From contig CAMYLJ010000001.1 of NCBI GenBank assembly GCA_947259215.1, positions 84,505 through 148,504 on the forward strand: a DNA stretch of 64,000 nucleotides, read 5' to 3'. Made by a program: the position numbers and the translations under genes. This DNA comes from an uncultured delta proteobacterium. GTDB lineage: Bacteria > Myxococcota_A > UBA9160 > JAFDET01. Of this stretch, positions 35,633-44,928 are shown piece after piece (the stretch's first letter is position 1; every line of letters starts with the position of its first letter). The notes beneath the pieces were generated by a model that saw only the letters and a program-made list of their open reading frames with translations, did not search any database and had not been told where the DNA came from.

Positions 35633-37252
35633 TCACCTCTGCGGGGCGCCGGCGAGTCCGGAGAGGAGGCGCAGGCCCCCGAAGCGCGGGCGCCGCGGGT
35701 GCAGCTCCAGCACGACCCGTTCCGCCTCGCCGATGCCCGCGCGCCGGCGCGCCTCCCGGAGCGCCTCCAGGGGCCCGCCCAGGGCGTCCACCAGCCCGAG
35801 TTCCCGGGCGCGCGCACCGCTCCAGACGCGCCCGCGCGCCGAGCGCTCGACCACGCCCGGATCGAGGCCGCGGCCCTCGGCCACGCGCTCGACGAAGCTC
35901 CGGTAGACCGCTTCCATCTCGTCGCGCACCACGGCGCGCTCGTCGGCGGTGAAGCCGCGCGAGTCGGACAGCAGGCCCGCCCGGGCGCCCCGCTCGACCC
36001 CGTCGCGGCCCACTCCGAGCCGCTCGTAGAGCCGCTCGAGATGGACCTTGCCTCCCACCACCCCGATCGAGCCCGTGATGCTGCTCTCCTCGGCCAGCAC
36101 CGCGTCGGCGGCGGCGGCCAGGTAGTAGCCGCCCGACGCGGCCACGTCACCCATGGAGACCACGACCGGCTTGTCGCGCTGCGCGACGCGCAGCGCCCGC
36201 CACAGCAGATCCGAGGCCAGGCTGTCGCCGCCCGGGCTCTCGATCCGCAGCACGATCCCGCGCACCCCGGCGTCGCGGCGCAGGCGCTCGAAGAGCTCGC
36301 GGAAGGAATCGCTGGCGATGCCGTAGCCCGCGCGCCCGCCGTGGATGGTCCCCGCCGCCACCACGTAGGCCAGCCGCGGCAGCTCGCCCAGCAGGCGGAA
36401 GCCCCCGTCGCGCGCGCGCAGCGTCCCGTAGAGCGCCGCGTCCACCAGGCGGATGCGGCGCGGCCCGGGACGCTCGTCGGGGGGCGCGAGCGCAACCTGC
36501 TCCAGGGCCTCCTCCAGCTCGTCCGGGTAGAGACAGGCGTCGATCAGCCCGGCCTCCAGCGCGGCCGGGGCGGTGTAGGGCCCGGCGTCGATGCGGTCGC
36601 GCACCTCGGCCGGTGTGAGCCCTCGCCCGCGCGCCAGGCCGTCGACCAGCGCGCCGTAGAGGTCGTCCAGCAGCGCCTCGCTCTGCTCGCGCTGCTCCGG
36701 GGACATGGAATCGCGCACGAAGGTCTCACCGGCCGTCTTGTAGCCGCCGACCCGCACCACGTCGGGCGTCACCCCGACCCGCTCCAACAACTCGCGCAGG
36801 AAGACGCCCTCGGCGCGCAGGCCCACCAGGAAGACCGAGCCGCTGGGCGGCAGCCAGATCCGGCTGGCCGCGCTCGCCACCAGCAGGTCCTCGGGCGCCA
36901 GCCGCTCGCCGTACGCCACCACCGGGATGCCGCGCTCGCGCAGCCGCTCGAGCGCGCGGCGCAGCGACATCACCTTGCTCCAGCCGCGCGGCGCCCCGGC
37001 CAGGCGCACCAGCACGCCCTCCACCTGCGGGTCCTCGGCCGCCGCGTACAGGGTCTGGAGCACGTCCAGCAGGCTGGTCGAGGGCTCGCGCCCGAAGGGC
37101 AGGCTCGGTAGGCGCTGCTCGGCCAGGGGCGGCGCCAATCGCAGCAGCAGCCAGAAGCCGCGTTCCCGGGGCAACGCCAGGCGGGCCCCGACGCGCCGGG
37201 CGGCCAGCGCCACGTCGTGGCCCAGGCGTCGCGCGAGATCGGCGACCGCCAC
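35633..37252 (-). CDS. sppA: Signal peptide peptidase SppA (67K type, two S49 domains)
   Basis: Trimmed to the in-frame GTG at 37252, which shares one base with the upstream TAG. Second S49 domain reads VVSMGDVAASGGYYLAAAAD...GSIGV. Confidence 0.8.
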   Translation of the reverse strand: MAVADLARRLGHDVALAARRVGARLALPRERGFWLLLRLAPPLAEQRLPSLPFGREPSTSLLDVLQTLYAAAEDPQVEGVLVRLAGAPRGWSKVMSLRRALERLRERGIPVVAYGERLAPEDLLVASAASRIWLPPSGSVFLVGLRAEGVFLRELLERVGVTPDVVRVGGYKTAGETFVRDSMSPEQREQSEALLDDLYGALVDGLARGRGLTPAEVRDRIDAGPYTAPAALEAGLIDACLYPDELEEALEQVALAPPDERPGPRRIRLVDAALYGTLRARDGGFRLLGELPRLAYVVAAGTIHGGRAGYGIASDSFRELFERLRRDAGVRGIVLRIESPGGDSLASDLLWRALRVAQRDKPVVVSMGDVAASGGYYLAAAADAVLAEESSITGSIGVVGGKVHLERLYERLGVGRDGVERGARAGLLSDSRGFTADERAVVRDEMEAVYRSFVERVAEGRGLDPGVVERSARGRVWSGARARELGLVDALGGPLEALREARRRAGIGEAERVVLELHPRRPRFGGLRLLSGLAGAPQR

Positions 37253-38877
37253 TAGCGCCAGCGCTTCGTGCGCCGCGACAGGTAGTCGACCATCAGGTAG
37301 GAGCCGAGCTGTCGCGGGTGGGTGAAGAAGGCGCGGCCCTTGTTGATCTGCGTCAGGCGCTCCACGAAGGAGACGAGCTCCGGCGAGTCGTCCAGCATGA
37401 AGGTGTTGATCGTGGCGCCGCGGCGCGTGACGCGGCGCACCTGCTTGAGGGTCTCCTCGGCGGCGCGCGGAGAGATGCCGCCGAAGCCCATGGGCCACTC
37501 CACGCGCAGCTCGCGGTCCACGAAGTAGGCCGTGGGCTGACCGTCCGTGATGACCAGGATCTGCGACTGGGGCGACGGGTGCTTCGCGATCAGGCGCTCG
37601 GCGACCATCAACCCCTCCTGGAGGTTGGTGAAGGGATCGCCCATGTTCCAGGTGGCCTCGGGCAGATCGCGGATCGAGAGCTCGACCGCCCGGGTGTAGA
37701 AGCCGACCACGAAGAAGTGGTCGCGCGGATAGCGGCTGCGGATCAGGTGATCCAGCGCCAGCGCCACCCGCTTGGCGGCGCCGAAGCGCCCGGCCCAGGA
37801 CATGGACCAGCTCATGTCGAGCAGCAGCACGGTCGTGGTCTGGGTCGTGTAGTCCATCTCGTGGACGCGGAAGTCCTCCACCTGCAATGGGATCGGCGTC
37901 TCCAGGGCGCGGCCGGGATTCGCGCGCGCCCGGCGCAGGACGCTCTCGAGCAGCGTGCGGACCACGGCCACGTCGCCGCCGTCGCCGAATTCCCAGGGTC
38001 GGGTCTCGTCGGGCCGCGGCAGGCCGACGCCGGTCCGGGCGGTCTCGTGGGCACCGGGACGCCCCTTGCGCAGGGCGCCGTACACCTGGGCCAGGGCGCT
38101 GGCGCCGAGGCGCCGGATGGCTTTGGGCGTCAGCTCCTCCGCGCCTTCGCGGAGATAGCCGGCCTGTTCGAGACGCGGCCTCAGGTCGCGCAGGAACACC
38201 AGGGAGCGCGCGGCACCCTCGTCCAGCAGCTCCTGCAGCGCCTCCGGCGAGATCCCCTCGAAGTTGCCCTCCGCCAGGTCGCGGCCCATCTGCTCCAGGG
38301 CCTCGATGCGCTGGCGGATCTCCTGGGCGGTCTCGTAGTCCGCCGCCTCCCCGCCCCGGAAGCGCTCGCCCTGCTCGCGCTGGAACTGCTCCAACGCCCG
38401 CAGGCGCTCGAGCTCCTCCAGCAGCTCGCGGTAGTCCGTCTCCGCCTCCTCGTCCTCGAAGGCGTGGTCCTGGAAGCGCTCGACGGCGTCGGCCAGATCC
38501 CCGGAGCCGTCGTGGCGCCGCTCCAGGAAGTCGTTCATGCGCTGCGACTCGTGCCCGTGGGCGTCGCGCAGGGCCGCCTGCTCGCGGTCCAGCAGCTCCT
38601 CCAGGCGCCGCCGCAGCACGTCCGTCGCCTGGGACAGGTCGTAGCGGTCGTAGAGGGACTGGGCCCCGTCGCGCAGCTCGCGCAGGAGCTCCTCGACACC
38701 CATCACCCGCATCTCCATCCCGCCCAGCTCGAAGCCCGTCCGGCGCATCCAGTCCAGGGCCTCGTCCAGCGACAGCCCCTCCATCAGCAGCTCGGAGAGC
38801 GCGTCGAGCGCCTCCTCGGCGTCGAGGGAGAACTCGGCGAGGGAGCCGTCCCAGCGGCTGTACCGGAAGACCTTCAC
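37252..38877 (-). CDS. vWA-domain protein (partner of the upstream AAA+ ATPase)
   Basis: GTG at 38877 overlaps the ATPase stop (GTGA). N-terminus VKVFRYSRWDGSLAEFSLDAEE..., then a long acidic helical region, then a C-terminal vWA domain with the MIDAS-like motif LLLDMSWSMS...ITDGQPT. Confidence 0.8.
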   Translation of the reverse strand: MKVFRYSRWDGSLAEFSLDAEEALDALSELLMEGLSLDEALDWMRRTGFELGGMEMRVMGVEELLRELRDGAQSLYDRYDLSQATDVLRRRLEELLDREQAALRDAHGHESQRMNDFLERRHDGSGDLADAVERFQDHAFEDEEAETDYRELLEELERLRALEQFQREQGERFRGGEAADYETAQEIRQRIEALEQMGRDLAEGNFEGISPEALQELLDEGAARSLVFLRDLRPRLEQAGYLREGAEELTPKAIRRLGASALAQVYGALRKGRPGAHETARTGVGLPRPDETRPWEFGDGGDVAVVRTLLESVLRRARANPGRALETPIPLQVEDFRVHEMDYTTQTTTVLLLDMSWSMSWAGRFGAAKRVALALDHLIRSRYPRDHFFVVGFYTRAVELSIRDLPEATWNMGDPFTNLQEGLMVAERLIAKHPSPQSQILVITDGQPTAYFVDRELRVEWPMGFGGISPRAAEETLKQVRRVTRRGATINTFMLDDSPELVSFVERLTQINKGRAFFTHPRQLGSYLMVDYLSRRTKRWR

Positions 38878-40286
38878 GGCTGCCCGTACACCGCGCGGTC
38901 GTCGCGCGCGGACTTGTTGAGGCGGTTCTCCAGGTGCAGGCCCTCCAGCAGGAACTCGATGGCGCTGGCGAGGTGGCCCGGGCTCGTGCCCCCGGCCAGG
39001 CGCGCCGCCGCCTCCCGCAGCCCGGGGATGGCGTCGAGGCCCTCCAGGTACTCGCGCGCCGGCATGTCGCCGGAGACCTCGACGTTCCAGCCCTGGTTGA
39101 ACGCCTCCACCACCGTGGCCAGGCCTTCTCCGAGGCCGAAGCCGTCGAAGACCTGCTTGACGGCGCGGCGGCGCAGCTCGTCGATCACGTCGCTCTCGCT
39201 CTTGTCCGCTCCGGCGTACTCCAGCTCGAGCTTGCCCGTGCTGGACGCCTCGAGCGCCGCCAGGTCCGAGATGCGCGGCACGGCCTCGGCCTCGCCGTGT
39301 CGCAGCGCCCGGCGTGCGGCGTTGGCGGCCAGGGTCTCGTAGTTGGCGATGGTCATGCGGACCGAGACACCCGAGGTCTGGTTCACGTCCGGGCTCTGAC
39401 GGGCCTGGAAGGTCATCTCCGCCACGATGTCCTGCATGAAGCCGGGCAGCGCAACCTCGACCCCGTCGATGCGGGGCAGCACGGCCTCCTGCCGCACGAT
39501 CGCCAGCTCGAGCTCGCGGGTCTCGGGGTAGTGGGTGCGGATCTGGGCCGCGTAGCGGTCCTTCAAGGGCGTGATGATGCGACCCCGGCTGGTGTAGTCC
39601 TCGGGATTGGCGCTGGCCACCACCAGCACGTCCAGCGGCAGCCGAACCCGGTAGCCCCTCACCTGGAAGTCGCGCTCCTCCAGCACGTTGAAGAGCGCGA
39701 CCTGCACCTTCTCCGTCAGGTCCGGCAGCTCGTTGATGCAGAAGATCCCGCGGTTCGTGCGCGGAAGCAGACCGAAATGGATCGTGCGCTCGTCGCCCAG
39801 GGTGCGCCCCTCGGCCACCTTGACCGGGTCCACGTCGCCGATCAGGTCGGCCACCGAGGTGTCGGGAGTCGCGAGCTTCTCGCCGTAGCGCTGGTCGCGG
39901 TGCACCCAGACCACCGGGGTCGCGTCTCCCTCCTCGGCCACCCGCCGCCGGGCGAAGGCGGACACGGGCGCCAGCGGGTCGTCGCAGATCTCGCTGCCCG
40001 CCACGGCGGGGACCCACTCGTCCAGCAGTCCCACCAGCGCGCGGATCAGGCGCGACTTCGCCTGACCGCGCTCGCCCAGGAAGATCAGGTCGTGGCCGCA
40101 CAGGAGCGCGTTCTCCAGCGCCGGAACCACGCTCTCGTCGTAGCCCAGGATGCCCTCGAACAAGGGCCGCCCGGCGCGCAGGGCCTCGAGCAGGTTTGCG
40201 CGCAGCTCCTCGCGCAGGCTGCGGGGCCCGACGCCCGAGGCGCGCAGGGCGCCGAGGTGGGTGTCTTCGGGGCGGGGGGCGGTCAT
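38874..40286 (-). CDS. AAA+ ATPase, Mg-chelatase subunit I-like (COG1239-like)
   Basis: ATG at 40286 is preceded by GGAGGA. Walker A-like GERGQAKS, Walker B-like FCINELPDL and VALFNVLEERDFQVRGY. Trimmed from the 735-aa track ORF. Confidence 0.8.
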   Translation of the reverse strand: MTAPRPEDTHLGALRASGVGPRSLREELRANLLEALRAGRPLFEGILGYDESVVPALENALLCGHDLIFLGERGQAKSRLIRALVGLLDEWVPAVAGSEICDDPLAPVSAFARRRVAEEGDATPVVWVHRDQRYGEKLATPDTSVADLIGDVDPVKVAEGRTLGDERTIHFGLLPRTNRGIFCINELPDLTEKVQVALFNVLEERDFQVRGYRVRLPLDVLVVASANPEDYTSRGRIITPLKDRYAAQIRTHYPETRELELAIVRQEAVLPRIDGVEVALPGFMQDIVAEMTFQARQSPDVNQTSGVSVRMTIANYETLAANAARRALRHGEAEAVPRISDLAALEASSTGKLELEYAGADKSESDVIDELRRRAVKQVFDGFGLGEGLATVVEAFNQGWNVEVSGDMPAREYLEGLDAIPGLREAAARLAGGTSPGHLASAIEFLLEGLHLENRLNKSARDDRAVYGQP

Positions 40287-40297
40287 GGGTCCTCCGC

Positions 40298-41107
40298 TCA
40301 ACGTTCGCCGTACAGCAGGCGGATCCGCTTCTGGATGATCTCGAGCTTGCCGCCGTCGCGCACCACCAGCCCCCGCGGAAGCGACTCGGCCCGGATGGCG
40401 GCGCGGGTGTTGGCGATGCGCTCGTCGGTCGCAGGGTGGCTCGAGAGCCAGCTCGGCCCTCCCGCGCCGCCCGTCTCCCGCCGCAACGTCTCGAAGAAGG
40501 TCACGAGGCCGTCCGGATCGTAGCCCGCACGGGGCAGCACCTCGACCGCGAACAGGTCGGCCTCGCGCTCCGCGTCCCGACCGTAGGAATTGAGGTAGGC
40601 GCTGCCCGCCAGCCCGCCGCCCAGACTGGCCGCCCGGGCCGCTGCGCCGCCGCCGACCAGCCCGGCGGTCAACACACCCAGCTGGTGCGCGATCCCGACG
40701 CCCCGGGAGCGGTTGTAGTTCTGCGCCACGTGCCGATTCGCCACGTGTCCGACCTCGTGGCCCATCACCCCCGCGAGCTCGCTCACGTTGCGGGACTGGA
40801 GGATCGTGCCCGTGTTCACGTAGATGTACCCGCCGGGCAGCGCGAAGGCGTTGATCGGCTCGGCGTCCACCACGTAGAAGCGGTAGGGGAAGGGCTGGTT
40901 GCCGGAAGCGTGCACGATGCGTCGCCCGATGTCGCGCACGTAGGCCACCACCCGCCCGTCCCGGACCAGCTTCACGTCGCGCCGGACCTGCTCGTTCACC
41001 TGCTCGCCGAGCGAGCGCTCTTCCGGAATGCTCAAGGTGCCGCAGGCCAGGACGCCCGCGGCCAGCAGCGCCGCAACCCACGCCGGCCTACCCCGCCCGC
41101 GGCGCAT
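40298..41107 (-). CDS. M48-family zinc metalloprotease, lipoprotein
   Basis: Lipobox LAAGVLAC. HEXXH motif (MGHEVGHV) plus a downstream E (EREAD). Confidence 0.85.
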   Translation of the reverse strand: MRRGRGRPAWVAALLAAGVLACGTLSIPEERSLGEQVNEQVRRDVKLVRDGRVVAYVRDIGRRIVHASGNQPFPYRFYVVDAEPINAFALPGGYIYVNTGTILQSRNVSELAGVMGHEVGHVANRHVAQNYNRSRGVGIAHQLGVLTAGLVGGGAAARAASLGGGLAGSAYLNSYGRDAEREADLFAVEVLPRAGYDPDGLVTFFETLRRETGGAGGPSWLSSHPATDERIANTRAAIRAESLPRGLVVRDGGKLEIIQKRIRLLYGER

Positions 41108-42287
41108 CCGCCTCTTCCGCCTTGGCGACGCTCTCCGTGACGTAGCGGATGATCGAGAGGACGGATCGGTCGAAGGACACGTTCTCTACGATCGGCACGC
41201 CGTGGGTTTCGGCGAGCTCGAGGATGTAGTCCTGGATGCGCAGGATCTCGGACAGGTGGCCCAGATACCGGTGCGGCGGCCGATCGGCGGCGCCCTCGCC
41301 CCGCCTGGCGAAGCGCGCGCGGAAGGCGTCCTCGTCGAAGGTGGCGACCACCAGGAAGATGACGTGGGCGCGGCCGGCGTAGGCCTCCAGACCGAGGCGT
41401 CCGGGCAGCAGGGAGATCCCGTCGAGAACCAGGCTGCTGTTCTCCTCGATGGCGCGATCGATCATGGCCTGGGCCCCCACCGAGATCACCGAGGCCTGGG
41501 CCGCGAAGGCCTCCACCACCGGGTCCGCGCCCGGCGTCGGCTCGAAGCCCTCCTGACGGTGCGCCTGGTAGGAGGACGAATGGATGGCTGGCATCAGCTC
41601 CGGCGACAGCATGATGCGCATCACTTGGCGGATGGCGTCCGTCGAGAGCACGCGGCCGATGCCCAGACGATGGGCCACCTCGAGCGCGAGAGAGGTCTTG
41701 CCCACGCCCGTGGCGCCGCCCAGCAGCAGGATCACGGGCCGGTCGGGATCCTGGAAACGCCGCCAGACCAGATAGCGTCTGGCGACGCGCTCGCCGGAGG
41801 CGCTGCGCAGCGCGTCGTAGACCAGCTTCCGCAGCGCGGACCGCTCGACCCGCCGCAGGCCGTCCCGCACCAGGCGCTCCTCGATCCGGCGCGCCACGTC
41901 GAACGCCTCGTTGGGCTCGAGCGCGGCGGCCAGCAGGGACTGGGACAGGATCCCCTTGGAGAAGGGCACCTCCTTGCCCCGCGCCACCACGGCGATGTCG
42001 GGCGGAAGCAGGGGTGCCGCGGGCTCGACGCTCAGCCCGGCGGCGGCCAGCACGTCGTCCACCACCTTGGTCAGCTCGAGCGGGGTCAGCACCTGCTGCT
42101 CGCGGATGCGCTCCCGCACCTCGTTGGCGGTCGCGTAGGCGTCTTCGAACGCCAGGCCGCGAGCCATCAGGGAGTGGACCAGGATGCCGCGCATGAAGGG
42201 CCGCCGGCCGCCGACATCCTCCACCTGGATGCGCGTCCGGGTCCCGGCCTTCTCGGGCCCACCGTCTCCGGCCGGTCGCTGCGCCAT
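41088..42287 (-). CDS. ATP-cone plus P-loop kinase, 2-phosphoglycerate kinase-like (COG2074-like)
   Basis: 399 aa. The N-terminal region has an ATP-cone flavour (PFMRGILVHSLMARGLAFEDAYATANEVRERI). P-loop GGATGVGKTS. Confidence 0.6.
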   Translation of the reverse strand: MAQRPAGDGGPEKAGTRTRIQVEDVGGRRPFMRGILVHSLMARGLAFEDAYATANEVRERIREQQVLTPLELTKVVDDVLAAAGLSVEPAAPLLPPDIAVVARGKEVPFSKGILSQSLLAAALEPNEAFDVARRIEERLVRDGLRRVERSALRKLVYDALRSASGERVARRYLVWRRFQDPDRPVILLLGGATGVGKTSLALEVAHRLGIGRVLSTDAIRQVMRIMLSPELMPAIHSSSYQAHRQEGFEPTPGADPVVEAFAAQASVISVGAQAMIDRAIEENSSLVLDGISLLPGRLGLEAYAGRAHVIFLVVATFDEDAFRARFARRGEGAADRPPHRYLGHLSEILRIQDYILELAETHGVPIVENVSFDRSVLSIIRYVTESVAKAEEADAPRAG

Positions 42288-42377
42288 GGGCGCACCCTAC
42301 CCTAGGGATTCGAGCGCGGCGACCGAGGACCCCCTGCAAGGCGCCTTCCGATCACGACATTTCCGCACGATTTTGGC

Positions 42378-42405
42378 TTGACTCCGAGCCCGGAACGAAT
42401 ATAAC
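42378..42405 (+). promoter_or_regulatory. Candidate sigma70 promoter of the merR-parA module
   Basis: TTGACT-N16-TATAAC lies in a locally AT-rich patch about 40 nt upstream of the merR ATG. Confidence 0.5.
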
Positions 42406-42442
42406 GTCGTTCTGCCGCTTCCGGCGGACAGGGAGGGCCTGG

Positions 42443-42949
42443 ATGCCCCAGTCATCGCAGGGCGAGTCCGGCTCTGCGGAGCGCTCGACGCAACGCGACC
42501 TCTTCCGCACGGGAGAAGTCGTCGAGGTCGTCGGCGTCTCGCGGCGACAGCTGCAGTACTGGGCCCAGACCGACCTCGTCCGTCCGTCGGCGCGCACAGG
42601 GGGGGGACACCACCGCTACACGTTCGAAGACCTCGTGGCCTTGAAGGCTGCGAAGCGTCTCATCGACGCCGGCGTCTCGGTCCAACGGATCCGCAAGAGC
42701 ATCGAGCAGCTGAGAGGGGTCCTACCGACCGTGCGTCGACCGCTGGCGGAGCTGGTGCTGGTGGCAACGGGTGACGTAGTTCTCGTGTTCCGGGAGGGCG
42801 CGGTCTTCGAGGCCGTGACCGGTCAGGAGTGGGTACTCGAGGTCGCGGAGTTCCAACGCGAAGTCGAGGCCTGGCGCCGGAACGTCCGCAACGAGCGCCG
42901 CGCACGCCCGGCCCGGTCCGGTTCCGCCCGATCCGAGCGCACGGCCTAA
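42443..42949 (+). CDS. MerR-family DNA-binding protein with a C-terminal extension
   Basis: The HTH reads FRTGEVVEVVGVSRRQLQYWAQTDLVRPS...GHHRYTFEDLVALKAAKRLIDAGVSVQRI. A beta-rich region and a basic tail follow. Confidence 0.8.
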   Translation: MPQSSQGESGSAERSTQRDLFRTGEVVEVVGVSRRQLQYWAQTDLVRPSARTGGGHHRYTFEDLVALKAAKRLIDAGVSVQRIRKSIEQLRGVLPTVRRPLAELVLVATGDVVLVFREGAVFEAVTGQEWVLEVAEFQREVEAWRRNVRNERRARPARSGSARSERTA

Positions 42950-43098
42950 CGCCGTCCGCAGGGCCCGGGATCTCGTGTCCGGGCCGCCTCGCTGGCGTCT
43001 GCCGGTCCCGATCGGGCTCGCACCCGATCCGGGGCGAGCCGCGCAACTCCACTGACCCGATGTCCGGTCAGCGGAAGCGCGGAGGGGGGAGATCGGCC

Positions 43099-44163
43099 AT
43101 GCGAAGCATCGCGATCGTCAATCAGAAGGGCGGGTGCGGAAAGACCACCACCGCCGTGAACCTGGCGGGAAGCCTGGCGCTCGACGGCGCTCAGGTCCTC
43201 GTCGTCGACATCGATCCCCAGGCGCACGCGACCTTGGCGCTGGGAATCGATCCCGAGGTCACGGAGGCCAACCTCTACGAGGTGCTGGCCGACGAGGAGG
43301 GGTCCGCGCTCGTCAACGAGATCCTGGTCGAGGTGGCCCCGGGGATCCATCTGGCGCCATCGGGCATCGTGCTCTCGGCGCTGGAGCAGAAGCTGGCCGC
43401 CGAGCGGGCGGAGGCCCGCACCGAGCGGCTGGCCGCGGCCCTGGCGCGCCTGGTCCGGCCCTACGATTACTGCCTGATCGACTGCCCACCGAACGTGGGC
43501 CTCCTGACCTTCAACGCCCTGCGCGCGGCCGGCGAGGTGATCGTGCCCCTGGAGACCAGCTACTTCGCCATCCACGGCGTGCAGAAGCTGCTCGAGACGA
43601 TCGCGCTGCTGTCGGAGCGCCTGGGTCACGAGCTGGAGGTGCGGATCCTGCCGACCCTCTACGACGGCCGCACCCGCTACGCCCGCGAGACCCTGGGCGA
43701 GATCCGCGAGCTCTTCCGGGACATGTGCTTCGACACGGTGATCCGCCAGAACGTGAAGCTGCGGGAGGCGGCCCGGCGCGGCGTCCCGGTGGGGCGCTAC
43801 GCGCCGTCGGCCAACGGGGCCCACGACTACGCGGCGCTCTCGCTGGAGATCGCCGCCGTGGCGCCGGCGGCGGACGAAGCGCTCGACAGCGCGGCCCGTC
43901 GCGTGGAGGTGCGCTTCCACGACCCCGCGGCGAGCGACGTGCGGATCGCCGGCGACTTCAACGGCTGGATTCCGGACAAGGGCGTCGAGACCCGCGTCGA
44001 GAGCGCGGGCAGCGATCGCGTGTGGACGAAGGTGCTGTCGCTGGCGCCCGGGACCTACCACTACCGCTACGTGGTCGACGGCCACTGGCGCGAGGACCCG
44101 GACAACCCGCGCTCCGAGGCGGGCCCCGTCGGCGAGCGCAACTCGGTCCTGGTGGTGCGCTAG
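43099..44163 (+). CDS. ParA/Soj-family ATPase fused to a C-terminal CBM48 / AMPK-beta-like glycan-binding domain
   Basis: ATG at 43099 is preceded by GGAGGGGGGA. Deviant Walker A KGGCGKTT, and DCPP. The C-terminal ~85 aa reads VEVRFHDPAASDVRIAGDFNGWIPDKG...WTKVLSLAPGTYHYRYVVDGHWREDPDNP. Confidence 0.8.
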   Translation: MRSIAIVNQKGGCGKTTTAVNLAGSLALDGAQVLVVDIDPQAHATLALGIDPEVTEANLYEVLADEEGSALVNEILVEVAPGIHLAPSGIVLSALEQKLAAERAEARTERLAAALARLVRPYDYCLIDCPPNVGLLTFNALRAAGEVIVPLETSYFAIHGVQKLLETIALLSERLGHELEVRILPTLYDGRTRYARETLGEIRELFRDMCFDTVIRQNVKLREAARRGVPVGRYAPSANGAHDYAALSLEIAAVAPAADEALDSAARRVEVRFHDPAASDVRIAGDFNGWIPDKGVETRVESAGSDRVWTKVLSLAPGTYHYRYVVDGHWREDPDNPRSEAGPVGERNSVLVVR

Positions 44164-44166
44164 CGC

Positions 44167-44928
44167 GTGGCCCGACGCCTCGTCGACGTCCTGCACCACT
44201 TCGATCCCGGGTTGGCCGAAGCGCCGGCGCCCGGGACGCCGGCGTCCGGCGAGCTGGAGCCCCAGGCGGCCGCCGGCGTGGCCGTGCCGCTCGAGGCCGG
44301 CGATCTGCTGCGGGCCGGCGCCCTGTGGAGCCTGGCTGTCGAAGTGGCCCGGAGCGGCGGCGCCGCCGAGGTGCTGGCGAGCGGGTGCGACGGCGCCTCG
44401 CCCTGGCCGCCGGCGGGCCCGGGCCCCCTCGGCGCCCACCTGACCCACCTGGAGGCGGGCGCGCCCGCGGACCTGGCCGCGGCGGTGGCCGCACGGGTCG
44501 CCGCCCTTTCGGGGCCGGGCCTGGTCTTCGGCTGCCTGCCGAGGACGTCGCTCGCCGCCGCCCTGACCGCGGGGCTGGGGCGTGCCCTGCTGCTGGTGCC
44601 CCCGGACCGGAGCGCCCTCGACGAGGCGGCCGACCTGGCGAGCGAGGCGCTGGGGGCGGTCCCGGACGCACGCCTGGGCGTCACCATCCACGGCGCCCGC
44701 AGTGTGGCCGAGGCGCGCCGTGCCTTCGAGGCCCTGGCCGCCCGCGTCGAAGGCCGCTGCGGCCGCCCGCTGGAGAGCTACGGACTCCTGGTCGACGACC
44801 TGGCCCTGTACCGCGGCATCCTGGAGCGCTGCCCCGTCGGCCTAGCGCGGCCCCAGTCGCTGGCGGCGCGCGCCCTCGCCGACGTGGCGCGCCTGCTCCT
44901 CGAACCGCCGCCCGAGACCGGCCCGTGA
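44167..44928 (+). CDS. Hypothetical protein, possibly a P-loop-less MinD/ParA-fold protein
   Basis: GTG start 3 nt after the parA stop, with coding-like high-GC3 codons. The C-terminal half (LLLVPPDRSALDEAADL...YGLLVDDLALYRGILERCPV...SLAARALADVARLL) resembles MinD/FlhG C-terminal regions. No Walker A seen. Confidence 0.5.
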   Translation: MARRLVDVLHHFDPGLAEAPAPGTPASGELEPQAAAGVAVPLEAGDLLRAGALWSLAVEVARSGGAAEVLASGCDGASPWPPAGPGPLGAHLTHLEAGAPADLAAAVAARVAALSGPGLVFGCLPRTSLAAALTAGLGRALLLVPPDRSALDEAADLASEALGAVPDARLGVTIHGARSVAEARRAFEALAARVEGRCGRPLESYGLLVDDLALYRGILERCPVGLARPQSLAARALADVARLLLEPPPETGP

